From Eledone cirrhosa (taxonomy: Eukaryota): DNA of 64,000 nucleotides. The stretch lies in assembly GCA_964016885.1 (NCBI GenBank), contig OZ024741.1, forward strand, positions 250,666,001 to 250,730,000. Reading direction: 5' to 3'. This document shows, in pieces, positions 39,301-53,700 of the stretch. Made by a program: the position numbers and the translations under genes. Every line of letters begins with the position of its first letter. The first letter of the stretch is position 1. Below the pieces are notes generated by a model. That model saw nothing but the letters and a program-made list of their open reading frames with translations, was not told the DNA's origin and did not search any database.

Positions 39301-42300
39301 TAATTTGTAAAAAAATAATCAGGGGCAGATAATTTGTAAAAAAAAATCAGGGGGAGATAATTTGTATACAAAATCAAGGGGAGATAATTTCCAGCCGTCC
39401 AAGGCGAGATAATTTCTAGCCGTCCAAGGGAAGATAATTTACAGCTGTCCAAGGAGAGGTAATTTCTAGGCGTCCAAGGGGAGATAATTTCCAGCCGTCC
39501 AAGGGGAGATCATTTCCAGCCTGCCAAGGGGAGATAATTTCCAGGCAGCCAAGGTTAGATATTTGTAAAAAAAAATCAGGGGGAGATAATTAGTAAAAAA
39601 AATCAAGGGGAGATAATTTCCAGCCGTCCAAGGGGAGATAATTTCCAGCCCTACAAGCAGCTATAATTTCCAGCCGTCCAAAGGGAGATAATTTCCAGCC
39701 AGCGAAGGGGAGATAATTTTTTTTTAAATTAGGGGGAGATTTGTAAAAAAAATCAGGGGGAGATAATTTGTAAAAATAATCAAGGGGAAATAATTTCCAG
39801 CCGTCCAAGGGGAGATAATTTCCAGCCGTCCAAGGGGAGATAATTTCCAGCCGTCCAAGGAGAGGTAATTTCTAGCCGTCCAAGGGGAGATAATTTCCAG
39901 CCGTCCAAGGGGAGATAATTTCCAGCCGTCCAAGGGGAGATAATTTCCAGCCGTTCAAGGGGAGATAATTTCCAGCCGTCCAAGGAGAGGTAATTTCAAG
40001 CCGTCCAAGGGGAGATAATTTCCAGCCGTCCAAGGGGAGATAAATTCCAGCCTCCAAGGGGAGATAATTTCCAGCCAGCCAAGGGGAGATAATTTGTAAA
40101 AAAATCAGGGGGAGATAATTTGTAAAAAAAATCAGGGGGAGATAATTTGTAAAAAAAAAATCAGGGGAGATAATTTGTAAAAAAAAATCAGGGGGAGATA
40201 ATTTGTAAAAAAAAATCAAGGGGAGATAATTTCCAGCCGTCCAAGGGGAGATAATTTTCAGCCGTCCAAGGAGAGGTAATTTCTAGCCGTCCAAGGGGAG
40301 ATAATTTCCAGCCGTCCAAGAGGAGATAATTTCCAGCCGTCCAAGGGGAGATAATTTTTTAAAAAAAATCAGGCGGAGATAATTTGTAAAAAAAAAATCA
40401 GGGGAGATAATTTGTAAAAAAAAATCGGGGAGATAATTTGTAAAAAAAAATCAGGGGGAGATAATATGTAAAAAAAATCAAGGGGAGATAATTTCCAGCC
40501 GTCCAAGGGAAGATAATTTCCAGCCCTCCAAGGGGCTATAATTTCTAGCGTCCAAGGGGAGATAATTTCCAGCCAGCGAAAGGGAGATAATTTTTTTAAA
40601 AAAATCACTGGGAGATTTGTAAAAAAAATCAGGGGGAGATAATTTGTAAAAAAATCAAGGGGAGATAATTTCCAGCCGTCCAAAGAGAGATAATTTCTAG
40701 CCGTCCAAGGGGAGATAATTTCCAGCCAAGGGGAGATAATTTCCAGCCGTCCAAGGGGAGATAATTTCCAGCCGTGCAAGGGGAGATAATTTCCAGCCGT
40801 CCAAGGGGAGATAATTTCCATCCTTCCAAGGGGAGATAATTTCCAGCCGTCCAAGGGGAGATTATTTCCCGCCAGCCAAGGGAAGATAATATTTAAAAAA
40901 ATCAGGCGGATATAATTTGTAAAATAAATTAGGGGGAGATAATTTTAAAAAAATCAGGGGGAGATAATTTGTAAAAAAAATCAAGGGGAGATAATTTCCA
41001 GCCAGCGAAGGGGAGATAATTTAAAAAAAAAAATCACTGGGAGATTTGTAAAACAAATCAGGGGGAGATAATTTGTAAAAAAAATCAAGGGGAGATAATT
41101 TCCAGCCGTCCAAAGAGAGATAATTTCTAGCCGTCCAAGGGGAGATAATTTCCAGCCAAGGGGAGATAATTTCCAGCCGTCCAAGGGGAGATAATTTTTT
41201 AAAAAATCAGGTGGAGATAATTTGTAAAAAAAATCAGGGGAAGATAATTTGTAAAAACAAAATCAAGGGCAGATAATTTCCAGCCGTCCAAGGGGAGATA
41301 ATTTCCAGCAGTGCAAGGGGAGATAATTTCCAGCCGTCCAAGGAGAGATAATTTCCATCCTTCCTAGGGGAGATAATTTCCAGCCGTCTAAGGGGAGATA
41401 ATATTTAAAAAAATCAGGCGGAGATAATTTGTAAAAAAAATCAGGGGGAGATAATTTGTAAAAAAAAAATCAGGGGGAGATAATTTGTAAAAAAAATCAG
41501 GGGGAGATAATTTGTAAAAAAAAATCAGGGGTAGATAATTTGTAAAAAAAAATCAGGGGGAGATAATTTGTAAAAAAAAATCAAGGGGAGATAATTTTCA
41601 GCCGTCCAAGGGGAGATAATTTTCAGCCGTCCAAGGAGAGGTAATTTCTAGCCGTCCAAGGGGAGATAATTTCCAGCCGTCCAAGGGGAGATAATTTCCA
41701 GCCGTCCAAGGGGAGATAATTTTTAAAAAAAATCAAGCGGAGATAATTTGTAAAAAAAAAATCAGTGGGAGATAATTTGTAAAAAAAAAATCGGGGGGAG
41801 ATAATTTGTAAAAAAAATCAAGGGGAGATAATTTCTAGCCGTCCAAGGGAAGATAATTTCCAGCCCTCCAAGGGAAGATAACTTCCAGCCCTCCAAGGGG
41901 CTATAATTTCCAGCGTTCAAGGGGAGATAATTTCCAGCCAGCGAAGGGGAGATAATTTTTTTTTAAAAATCACTGGGAGATTTGTAAAAAAAATCAGGGG
42001 GAGATAATTTGTAAAAAAATCAAGGGGAGATAATTTCCAGCCGTCCAAAGAGAGATAATTTCTAGCCGTCCAAGGGGAGATAATTTCCAGCCAACGGGAG
42101 ATAATTTCCAGCCGTCCAAGGGGAGATAATTTCCATCCTTCCAAGGGGAGATAATTTCCAGGCGTCCAAGGGGAGATAATTTCCCGCCAGCCAAGGGAAG
42201 ATAATATTTAAAAAAATCAGGCGGAGATAATTTGTAAAAAAAAACGGGGAGATAATTTGTAAAAAAAAATCAGGGGGAGATAATTTGGAAAAAAAAATCA

Positions 42301-45300
42301 GGCGTAGATAATTTGTAAAAAAAATCAGGGGTAGATAATTTGTAAAAAAAAATCAGGGAGAGATAATTTGTAAAAAAAAATCAAGGGGAGATAATTTCCA
42401 GCCGTCCAAGGGGAGATCATTTTCAGCCATCCAAGGAGAGGTAATTTCTAGCCGTCCAAGGGGAGATAATTTCCAGCCGTCCAAGGGGAGATAATTTCCA
42501 GCCGTCCAAGGGGAGATAATTTAAAAAAAAAATCAGGCGGAGATAATTTGTAAAAAAAAAATCAGGGGGAGATAATTTGTAAAAAAAAATCAGGGGTAGA
42601 TAATTTGTAAAAAAAATCAAGGGGAGATAATTTCCAGCCATCCAAGGGAAGATAATTTCCAGCCCTCCAAGGAAAGATAACTTCCAGCCCTCCAAGGGGC
42701 TATAATTTCCAGCGTCCAAGGGGAGATAATTTCCAGCCAGCGAAAGGGAGATAATTTTTTTAAAAAAATCACTGGGAGATTTGTAAAAAAAATCAGGGGT
42801 AGATAATTTGTAAAAAAAAATCAGGGGGAGATAATTTGTAAAAAAAATCAGGGGGAGATAATTTGTAAAAAATCAAGGGGAGATAATTTCCAGCCGTCCA
42901 AGGGGAGATAATTTTCAGCCATCCAAGGAGAGGTAATTTCTAGCCGTTCAAGGGGATATAATTTCCAGCCGTCCAAGGGGAGATAATTTCCAGCCGTCCA
43001 AGGGGAGATAATTTTTAAAAAAAATCAGGCGGAGCTAATTTGTAAAAAAATAATCAGGGGCAGATAATTTGTAAAAAAATATCAGGGGGAGATAATTTGT
43101 ATACAAAATCAAGGGGAGATAATTTCCAGCCGTCCAAGGCGAGATAATTTCCAGCCGTCCAAGGGGAGATAATTTACAGCTGTCCAAGTAGAGGTAATTT
43201 CTAGGCGTCCAAGGGGAGATAATTTCCAGCCGTCCAAGGGGAGATAATTTCCAGCCAGCCAAGGGGAGATAATTTCCAGCCAGCCAAGGGGAGATATTTG
43301 TAAAAAAAATCAGGCAGAGATAATTTGTAAAAAAAAAATCAGGGGTAGATAATTTGTAGAAGACATAAAGGGGAGATAATTTCCAGCCGTCCAAGGGGAG
43401 AAAATTTCCATCCAGCCAAGGGGAGATAATTTAAAAAAAAAAATCAGGCGGAGATAATATGTAAAAAAAAATCAGGGGGAGATAATTAGTATAAAAAATC
43501 AAGGGGAGATAATTTCCAGCCGTCCAAGGGGAGATAATTTCCAGCCCTACAAGCAGCTATAATTTCCAGCCGTCCAAAGGGAGATAATTTCCAGCCAGGG
43601 AAGGGGAGATAATTTTTTTTAAATTAGGGGGAGATTTGTAAAAAAAATCAGGGGGAGATAATTTGTAAAAAAAATCAAGGGGAAATAATTTCCAGCCGTC
43701 CAAGGGGAGATAATTTCCAGCCGTCCAAGGGGAGATAATTTCCAGCCGTCCAAGGAGAGGTAATTTCTAGCCGTCCAAGGGGAGATAATTTCCAGCCGTC
43801 CAAGGGGAGATCATTTCCAGCCGTCCAAGGGGAGATAATTTCCAGCCGTTCAAGGGGAGATAATTTCCAGCCGTCCAAGGAGAGGTAATTTCTAGCCGTC
43901 CAAGGGGAGATAATTTCCAGCCGTCCAAGGGGAGATAAATTCCAGCCTCCAAGGGGAGATAATTTCCAGCCAGCCAAGGGGAGATAATTTGTAAAAGAAT
44001 CAGGGGGAGATAATTTGTAAAAAAAATCAGGGGGAGATAATTTGTAAAAAAAAAATCAGGGGGAGATAATTTGTAAAAAAAATCAGGGGGAGATAATTTG
44101 TAAAAAAATCAAGGGGAGATATTTTCCAGCCGTCCAAGGGGAGATAATTTTCAGCCGTCCAAGGAGAAGTAATTTCTAGCCGTCCAAGGGGAGATAATTT
44201 CCAGCCGTCCAAGGGGAGATAATTTTTTTTAAAAAATCAGGCGGAGATAATTTGTAAAAAAAAAATCAGGGGGAGATAATTTGTAAAAAAAAATCGGGGA
44301 GATAATTTGTAAAAAAAAATCAGGGGGAGATAATATGTAAAAAAATCAAGGGGAGATAATTTCCAGCCGTCCAAGGGAAGATAATTTCCAGCCCTCCAAG
44401 GGGCTATAATTTCCAGCGTCCAAGGGGAGATAATTTCCAGCCAGCAAAAGGGAGATAATTTTTTTTTAAAAATCACTGGGAGATTTGTAAAAAAAATCAG
44501 GGGGAGATAATTTGTAAAAAAAATCAAGGGGAGATAATTTCCAGCCGTCCAATGAGAGATAATTTCTAGCCGTCCAAGGGGAGATAATTTCCAGCCGTGC
44601 AAGGGGAGATCATTTCCAGCCGTCCAAGGGGAGATAATTTCCATCCTTCCAAGGGGAGATAATTTCCAGCCGTCCAAGGGGAGATTATTTCCAAGGAAAG
44701 ATAATATTTAAAAAAATCAGGCGGAGATAATTTGTAAAATAAATCAGGGGGAGATAATTTGTAAAAAAAAAATCAGGGGGAGATAATTTGTAAAAAAGTC
44801 AGGGAGATAATTTGTAAAAAAAAATCAGGGGTAGATAATATGTAAAATAAAATCAGGGGGAGATAATTTGTAAAAAAAAAATCAGGGGGAGATAATTTGT
44901 AAAAAAAATCAAGGGGAGATAATTTTCAGCCGTCCAAGGAGAGGTAATTTCTAGCCGTCCAAGGGGAGATCATTTCCAGCCGTCCAAGGGGAGATAATTT
45001 CCAGCCGTCCAAGGGGAGATCATTTTTAAAAAAAAATCAGGCGGAGATAATTTGTAAAAAAAAAATCAGGGGGAGATAATTTGTAAAAAAAAATCAGGGG
45101 GAGATAATTTGTAAAAAAAAATCAAGGGGAGATAATTTCCAGCCGTCCAAGGGAAGATAATTTCCAGCCTCCAAGGGGCTATAATTTCCAGCGTCCAAGG
45201 GGAGATAATTTCCAGCCAGCGAAGGGGAGATAATTTTTTTAAAAAAATCACTGGTAGATTTGTAAAAAAAATCAGGGGGAGATAATTTGTAAAAAGAATC

Positions 45301-47762
45301 AAGGGGAGATAATTTCCAGCCGTCCAAAGAGAGATAATTTCTAGCCGTCCAAGGGGAGATAATTTCCAGCCAAGGGGAGATAATTTCCAGCCGTCCAAGC
45401 GGAGATAATTTTTTAAAATATCAGGTGGAGATAATTTGTAAAAAAAATCAGGGGGAGATAATTTGTAAAAGCAAAATCAAGGGCAGATAATTTCCAGCCG
45501 TCCAAGGGGAGATAATTTCCAGCCGTGCAAGGGGAGATAATTTGTAAAAAAAATCAGGGGGAGATAATTTCCAGCCGTCCAAGGGGAGATAATTCCATCC
45601 TTCCAAGGGGAGATAATTTCCAGCCGTCCAAGGGGAGATAATTTCCATCCAGCCAAGGGGAGATAATTTTAAAAAAATCAGGCGGAGATAATTTGTAAAA
45701 AAAAAAATCAGGGGGAGATAATTTGTAAAAAAAAATCAGGGGGAGATAATTTGTAAAAAAATCAGGGGTAGATAATTTGTAAAAAAAATCAAGGGGAGAT
45801 AATTTCCAGCCGTCCAAGGGGAGATAATTTCCAGCCAGCGAAGGGGAGATAATTTTTTTTTTTAAATCAGGGGTAGATTGGTAAAAAAAATCAGGGGGAG
45901 ATAATTTGTAAAAAAATCAAGGGGAGATAATTTCCAGCCGTCGAAGGAGAGATAATTTATAGCCGTCCAAGGGGAGATAATTTCCAGCAAGCCAAGGGAG
46001 ATAATATTTTAAAAAAATCAGGCGGAGATGATTTGTAAAAAAAATCAGGTGGAGATAATTTGTTAAAAAAAATCAGGGGGCGATAATTTCCAGCCGTCCA
46101 AGGGGAGATAATTTTTTTTTTTAAATCAGGGGAGATAATTTGTAAAAAAAATCAGGGGGAGATAATTTGTGAAAAAAATCAGGGGGAGATAATTTGAAAA
46201 AAAAAATCAGGGGGAGCTAATTTGTAAAAAAATATCAGGGGGAGATAATTTCCAGCCAGCCAAGGGGAGATATTTGTATAAAAAAATCAGGGAGAGATAA
46301 TTTGTAAAAAAAAAACAGGGGTAGATAATTTGTAGAAGAAATCAAGGGGAGATAATTTCCAGCCGTCCAAGGGGAGATAATTTCCATCCAGCCAAGGGGA
46401 GATAATTTTTTTTTTAAAAATCAGGCGGAGATAATTTGTAAAAAAAAATCAGGGTGAGATACTTAGTAAAAAAAATCAAGGGGAGATAATTTCCAGCCGT
46501 CCAAGGGGAGATAATTTCCAGCCCTACAAGCGGCTATAATTTCCAGCCGTCCAAAGGAAGATAATTTCCAGCCAGCGAAGGGGAGATAATTTTTTTTTTA
46601 ATTAGGTGGAGATTTGTAAAAAAAAATCAGGGGGAGATAATTTGTAAAAAAAAATCAAGGGGAAATAATTTCCAGCCGTCCAAGGGGAGATAATTTCCAG
46701 CCGTCCAAGGGCAGATAATTTCCAGCCGTCCAAGGAGAGGTAATATCTAGCCGTCCAAGGGGAGATAATTTACAGCCGTCCAAGGGGAGATAATTTCCAG
46801 CCGTCCAAGGGGAGATAATTTCCAGCCGTCCAAGGAGACATAATTTCCAGCCGTCCAAGGAGAGGTAATTTCTAGCCGTCCAAGGGGAGATAAATTCCAG
46901 CCTCCAAGGGGAGATAATTTCCAGCCAGCCAAGGGGATATAATTTGTAAAAAAAATCAGGGGGAGATAATTTGTAAAAAAAAATCAGGGGGAGATAATTT
47001 GTAAAAAAAATCAGGGGGAGATAATTTGTAAAAAAAAATCAGGGGGAGATAATTTGTAAAAAAATCAAGGGGAGATATTTTCCAGCCGTCCAAGGGGAGA
47101 TAATTTTCAGCCGTCCAAGGAGAGGTAATTTCTAGCCGTCCAAGGGGAGATAATTTCCAGCCGTCCAAGGGGAGATAATTAACAGCCGTCCGAGGGGAGA
47201 TAATTTTAAAAAAAAATCAGGCGGAGATAATTTGTAAAAAAAAAATCAGGGGGAGATAATTTGTAAAAAAAAATCGGGGAGATAATTTGTAAAAACAAAT
47301 CAGGGGGAGATAATATGTAAAAAAATCAAGGGGAGATAATTTCCAGCCGTCCAAGGGGAGATTATTTCCAAGGGAAGATAATATTTAAAAAATTCAGGCG
47401 GAGATAATTTGTAAAATAAATCAGGGGGAGATAATTTGTAAAAAAAAAATCAGGGGGAGATAATTTGTAAAAAAGTCAGGGAGATAATTTGTAAAAAAAA
47501 ATCAGGGGTAGATAATATGTAAAATAAAATCAGGGGGAGATAATTTGTAAAAAAAAAAATCAGGGGGAGATAATTTGTAAAAAAAATCAAGGGGAGATAA
47601 TTTTCAGCCGTCCAAGGAGAGGTAATTTCTAGCCGTCCAAGGGGAGATCATTTCCAGTCGTCCAAGGGGAGATAATTTCCAGCCGTCCAAGGGGAGATCA
47701 TTTTTTAAAAAAAATCAGGCGGAGATAATTTGTAAAAAAAAAATCAGGGTGAGATAATTTGT

Positions 47763-50700
47763 AAAAAAAAATCAGGGGGAGATAATTTGTAAAAAAAATC
47801 AAGGGGAGATAATTTCCAGCCGTCCAAGGGAAGATAATTTCCAGCCTCCAAGGGGCTATAATTTCCAGCGTCCAAGGGGAGATAATTTCCAGCCAGCGAA
47901 GGGGAGATAATTTTTTTTTAAAAATCACTGGTAGATTTGTAAAAAAAATCAGGGGGAGATAATTTGTAAAAAGAATCAAGGGGAGATAATTTCCAGCCGT
48001 CCAAAGAGAGATAATTTCTAGCCGTCCAAGGGGAGATAATTTCCAGCCAAGGGGAGATAATTTCCAGCCGTCCAAGGGGAGATAATTTTTTAAAATATCA
48101 GGTGGAGATAATTTGTAAAAAAAATCAGGGGGAGATAATTTGTAAAAACAAAATCAAGGGCAGATAATTTCCAGCCGTCCAAGGGGAGATAATTTCCATC
48201 CTTCCAAGGGGAGATAATTTCCAGCCGTCCAAGGGGAGATAATTTCCATCCAGCCAAGGGGAGATAATTTTATAAAAATCAGGCGGAGATAATTTGTAAA
48301 AAAAAAAATCAGGGGGAGATAATTTGTAAAAAAAAATCAGGGGGAGATAATTTGTAAAAAAATCAGGGGTAGATAATTTGTAAAAAAAATCAAGGGGAGA
48401 TAATTTCCAGCCGTCCCAGGGGAGATAATTTCCAGCCAGCGAAGGGGAGATAATTTTTTTTTTTAAATCAGGGTTAGATTGGTAAAAAAAAATCAGGGGG
48501 ACATAATTTGTAAAAAAATCAAGGGGAGATAATTTCCAGCCGTCGAAGGAGAGATAATTTATAGCCGTCCAAGGGGAGATAATTTCCAGCAAGCGAAGGG
48601 AGATAATATTTTAAAAAAATCAGGCGGAGATGAATTGTAAAAAAAATCAGGTGGAGATAATTTGTTTAAAAAAATCAGGGGGCGATAATTTCCAGCCGTC
48701 CAAGGGGAGATAATTTTTTTTTTTAAATCAGGGGAGATAATTTGTAAAAACAAAATCAAGGGCAGATAATTTCCAGCTGTCCAAGGGGAGATAATTTCCA
48801 GCCGTGCAAGGGAAGATAATTTCCAGCCGTCCAAGGGGAGATAATTTCCCGCCAGCCAAGGGAAGATAATTTTTAAAAAAATCAGGCGGAGATTGTAAAA
48901 AAATCAGGGGGAGATAATTTTTAAAAAAATCAGGAGGAGATAATTTGTAAAAAAAAATCAGGGGGAGATAATTTGTAAAAAAAATCAGGGGGAGATAATT
49001 TGTAAAAAAAAATCAGGGGGAGATAATTTGTAAAAAAATCAGGGGTAGATAATTTGTAAAAAAAAATCAGGGGGAGATAATTTGTAAAAAAAAATCAGGG
49101 GGAGATAATTTGTAAAAAAAATCAAGGGGAGATAATTTGCAGCCGTCCAAGGGGAGATAATTTCCAGCCGTCCAAAGAGAGATAATTTCTAGACGTCCAA
49201 GGGGAGATAATTTCCAGCCGTCCAAGGGGAGATAATTTCCAGCCGTCCAAGGGGAGATAATTTTTTAAAATATCAGGTGGAGATAATTTGTAAAAAAATC
49301 AGGGGGAGATAATTTGTAAAAACAAAATCAAGGGCAGATAATTTCCAGCCGTCCAAGGGGAGATAATTTCCCGCCAGCCAAGGGAAGATAATTTTTAAAA
49401 AAATCAGACGGATATAATTTGTAGAAAAATCAGGGGGAGATAATTTCCAGCCGTCCAAGGGGAGATAATTTTCAGCCGTGCAAGGAGAGGTAATTTCTAG
49501 AGGTCCAAGGGGAGATAATTTCCAGCCGTGCAAGGGGAGATAATTTCCAGCCGTCCAAAGAGAGATAATTTCTAGCCGTCCAAGGGGAGATAATTTCCAG
49601 CCGTGCATGGGGAGATAATTTCCAGCCGTCCAAGGAGAGGTAATTTCTAGCCGTCCAAGGGGAGATAATTTCCAGCCCTCCAAGGGGAGATAAATTCCAG
49701 CCTCCAAGGGGAGATAATTTCCAGCCAGCCAAGGGGAGATAATTTGTAAAAAAATCAGGGGGAGATAATTTGTAAAAAAAAATCAGGGGGAGATAATTTG
49801 TAAAAAAAAATCAGGGGGAGATAATTTGTAAAAAAAAATCAGGGGGAGATAATTTGTAAAAAAAATCAAGGAGAGATAATTTTCAGCCGTCCAAGGGGAG
49901 ATAATTTTCAGCCGTCCAAGGAGAGGTAATTTCTAGCCGTCCAAGGGGATATAATTTCCAGCCGTCCAATGGGAGATAATTTCCAGCCGTCCAAGGGGAG
50001 ATAATTTTTAAAAAAAATCAGGCGGAGATAATTTGTAAAAAATAAATCAGGGGGAGATAATTTGTAAAAAAAAATCAGGGGGAGATAATTTGTAAAAAAG
50101 ATCAGGGGGAGATAATTTGTAAAAAATATCAAGGGTAGATAATTTCCAGCCGTCCAAAGAGAGATTATTTCTAGCCGTCCAAGGGGAGATAATTTCCAGC
50201 CAAGGGGAGATAATTTCCAGCCGTCCAAGGGGAGATAATTTCCAGCCGTGCAAGGGGAGATAATTTCCAGCCGTCCAAGGGGAGATTATTTCCCGCCAGC
50301 CAAGGGAAGATAATATTTAAAAAAATCAGGCGGAGATAATTTGTAAAATAAATCAGGGGGAGATAATTTGTAAAAAAATCAGGGGGAGATAATTTGTAAA
50401 AAAGATCAGGGGGAGATAATTTGTAAAAAAAAATCAGGGGTAGATAATATGTAAAATAAAATCAGGGGGAGATAATTTGTAAAAAAAAAATCAGGTGGAG
50501 ATAAATTGTAAAAAAAATCAAGGGGAGATAATTTTCAGCCGTCCAAGGAGGGCTAATTTCTAGCCGTCCAAGGGGAGATAATTTCCAGCCGTCCAAGGGG
50601 AGATAATTTCCAGCCGTCCAAGGGGAGATAATTTTTTTTAAAAAATCAGGCGGAGATAATTTGTAAAAAAAAAATCAGGGGGAGATAATTTGTAAAAAAA

Positions 50701-53700
50701 AATCAGGGGGAGATAATTTGTAAAAAAATCAAGGGGAGATAATTTCAAGCCGTCCAAGGGAAGATAATTTCCAGCCTGCAAGGGGCTATAATTTCCAGAG
50801 TCCAAGGGGAGATAATTTCCAGCCAGCGAAGGGGAGATAATTTTTTTAAAAAAATCACTGGGAGATTTGTAAAAAAAATCAGGGGGAGATAATTTGTAAA
50901 AAGAATCAAGGGGAGATAATTTCCAACCGTCCAAAGAGAGATAATTTCTAGCCGTCCAAGGGGAGATAATTTCCAGCCAAGGGGAGATAATTTCCAGCCG
51001 TCCAAGGGGAGATAATTTTTTAAAATATAGGTGGAGATAATTTGTAAAAAAATCAGGGGGAGATAATTTGTAAAAATAAAATCAAGGGCAGATAATTTCC
51101 AGCCGTCCAAGGGGAGATAATTTCCAGCCGTGCAAGGGGAGATAATTTGTAAAAAAAATCAGGGGGAGATAATTTCCAGCCGTCCAAGGGAGATAATTTT
51201 CAGCCGTCCAAGGAGAGGTAATTTCTAGCCGCCCAAGGGAAGATAATTTCCAGCCGTCCAAGGAGAGGTAATTTCTAGCCGTCCAAGGGGAGATAATGTC
51301 CAGCCGTCCTAGGGGAGATAATTTCCAGCCGTCCAAGGGGAGATAATTTTTAAAAAAATCAGGCGGAGATAATTTGTAAAAAAAAAATCAGGGGGAGATA
51401 ATTTGTAAAAAAAAATCAGGGGGAGATAATTTGTAAAAAAAATCAAGGGGAGATAATTTCCCGCCAGCGAAGGGGAGATAATTTTTTTTAAAAAATCACT
51501 GGGAGATTTGTAAAAAAAATCAGGGGGAGATAATTTGTAAAAAAAATCAAGGGGAGATAATTTCCAGCCGTCCAAAGAGAGATAATTTCTAGCCGTCCAA
51601 GGGGAGATAATTTCCAGCCAAGGGGAGATAATTTCCAGCCGTCCAAGGGGAGATAATTTTTTAAAAAATCAGGTGGAGATAATTTGTAAAAAAAATCAGG
51701 GGATGATAATTTGTAAAAACAAAATCAAGGGCAGATAATTTCCAGCCGTCCAAGGGGAGATAATTTCCAGCAGTGCAAGGGGAGATAATTTCCAGCCGTC
51801 CAAGGGGAGATAATTTCCATCCTTCCAAGGGAAGATAATTTCCAGCCGTCCAAGGGGAGATAATATTTAAAAAAATCAGGCGGAGATAATTTGTAAAAAT
51901 ATCAGAGGGAGATAATTTGTAAAAAAATCAGGGGGAGATAATTTGTAAAAAAAAAAATCAGGTGGAGATAATTTGTAAAAAAAATCAGTGGGAGATAATT
52001 TGTAAAAAAAAATCAGGGTGAGATAATTTGTAAAAAAATCAGGGGTAGATAATTTGTAAAAAAAAATCAAGGGGAGATAATTTCCAGCCGTCCAAAGAGA
52101 GATGATTTAAAAAAAAAATCAGGCGGAGATAATTTGTAAAAAAAAATCAGGGGTAGATAATTTGTAAAAAAAATCAGGGGGAGATAATTTGTAAAAAAAA
52201 TCAAGGGGAGATAATTTCCAGCCGTCCAAGGGAAGATAATTTCCAGCCAAGGGGAGATAATTTCCAGCCGTCCAAGGGGAGATAATTTTTTAAAAAATCA
52301 GGTGGCGATAATTTGTAAAAAAAATCAAGGGGAGATAATTTGTAAAAACAAAATCAAGGGCCGATAATTTCCAGCTGTCCAAGGGGAGATAATTTCCAGC
52401 CGTGCAAGGGAAGATAACTTCCAGCCGTCCAAGGGGAGATAATTTCCCGCCAGCCAAGGGAAGATAATTTTTAAAAAAATCAGGCGTAGATTGTAAAAAA
52501 ATCAGGGGGAGATAATTTGTAAAAAAATCAGGGGGAGATAATTTGTAAAAAAAAATCAGGGGGAGATAATTTGTAAAAGAAATCAGGGGGAGATAATTTG
52601 TAAAAAAAAATCAGGGGGAGATAATTTGTAAAAAAATCAGGGGTAGATAATTTGTAAAAAAAATCAGGGGGAGATAATTTGTAAAAAAAAAATCAGGGGG
52701 AGATAATTTGTAAAAAAAATCAAGGGGAGATAATTTCCAGCCGTCCAAGGGAAGATAATTTCCAGCCTCCAAGGGGCTATAATTTCCAGCGTCCAAGGGG
52801 AGATAATTTCCAGCCAGCGAAGGGGAGATAATTTTTTTTTAAAAATCACTGGTAGATTTGTAAAAAAAATCAGGGGGAGATAATTTGTAAAAAGAATCAA
52901 GGGGAGATAATTTCCAGCCGTCCAAAGAGAGATAATTTCTAGCCGTCCAAGGGGAGATAATTTCCAGCCAAGGGGAGATAATTTCCAGCCGTCCAAGGGG
53001 AGATAATTTTTTAAAATATCAGGTGGAGATAATTTGTAAAAAAAATCAGGGGGAGATAATTTGTAAAAACAAAATCAAGGGCAGATAATTTCCAGCCGTC
53101 CAAGGGGAGATAATTTCCATCCTTCCAAGGGGAGATAATTTCCAGCCGTCCAAGGGGAGATAATTTCCATCCAGCCAAGGGGAGATAATTTTATAAAAAT
53201 CAGGCGGAGATAATTTGTAAAAAAAAAAATCAGGGGGAGATAATTTGTAAAAAAAAATCAGGGGGAGATAATTTGTAAAAAAATCAGGGGTAGATAATTT
53301 GTAAAAAAAATCAAGGGGAGATAATTTCCAGCCGTCCCAGGGGAGATAATTTCCAGCCAGCGAAGGGGAGATAATTTTTTTTTTTAAATCAGGGTTAGAT
53401 TGGTAAAAAAAAATCAGGGGGACATAATTTGTAAAAGAATCAAGGGGAGATAATTTCCAGCCGTCGAAGGAGAGATAATTTATAGCCGTCCAAGGGGAGA
53501 TAATTTCCAGCAAGCGAAGGGAGATAATATTTTAAAAAAATCAGGCGGAGATGAATTGTAAAAAAAATCAGGTGGAGATAATTTGTTTAAAAAAATCAGG
53601 GGGCGATAATTTCCAGCCGTCCAAGGGGAGATAATTTTTTTTTTTAAATCAGGGGAGATAATTTGTAAAAACAAAATCAAGGGCAGATAATTTCCAGCTG

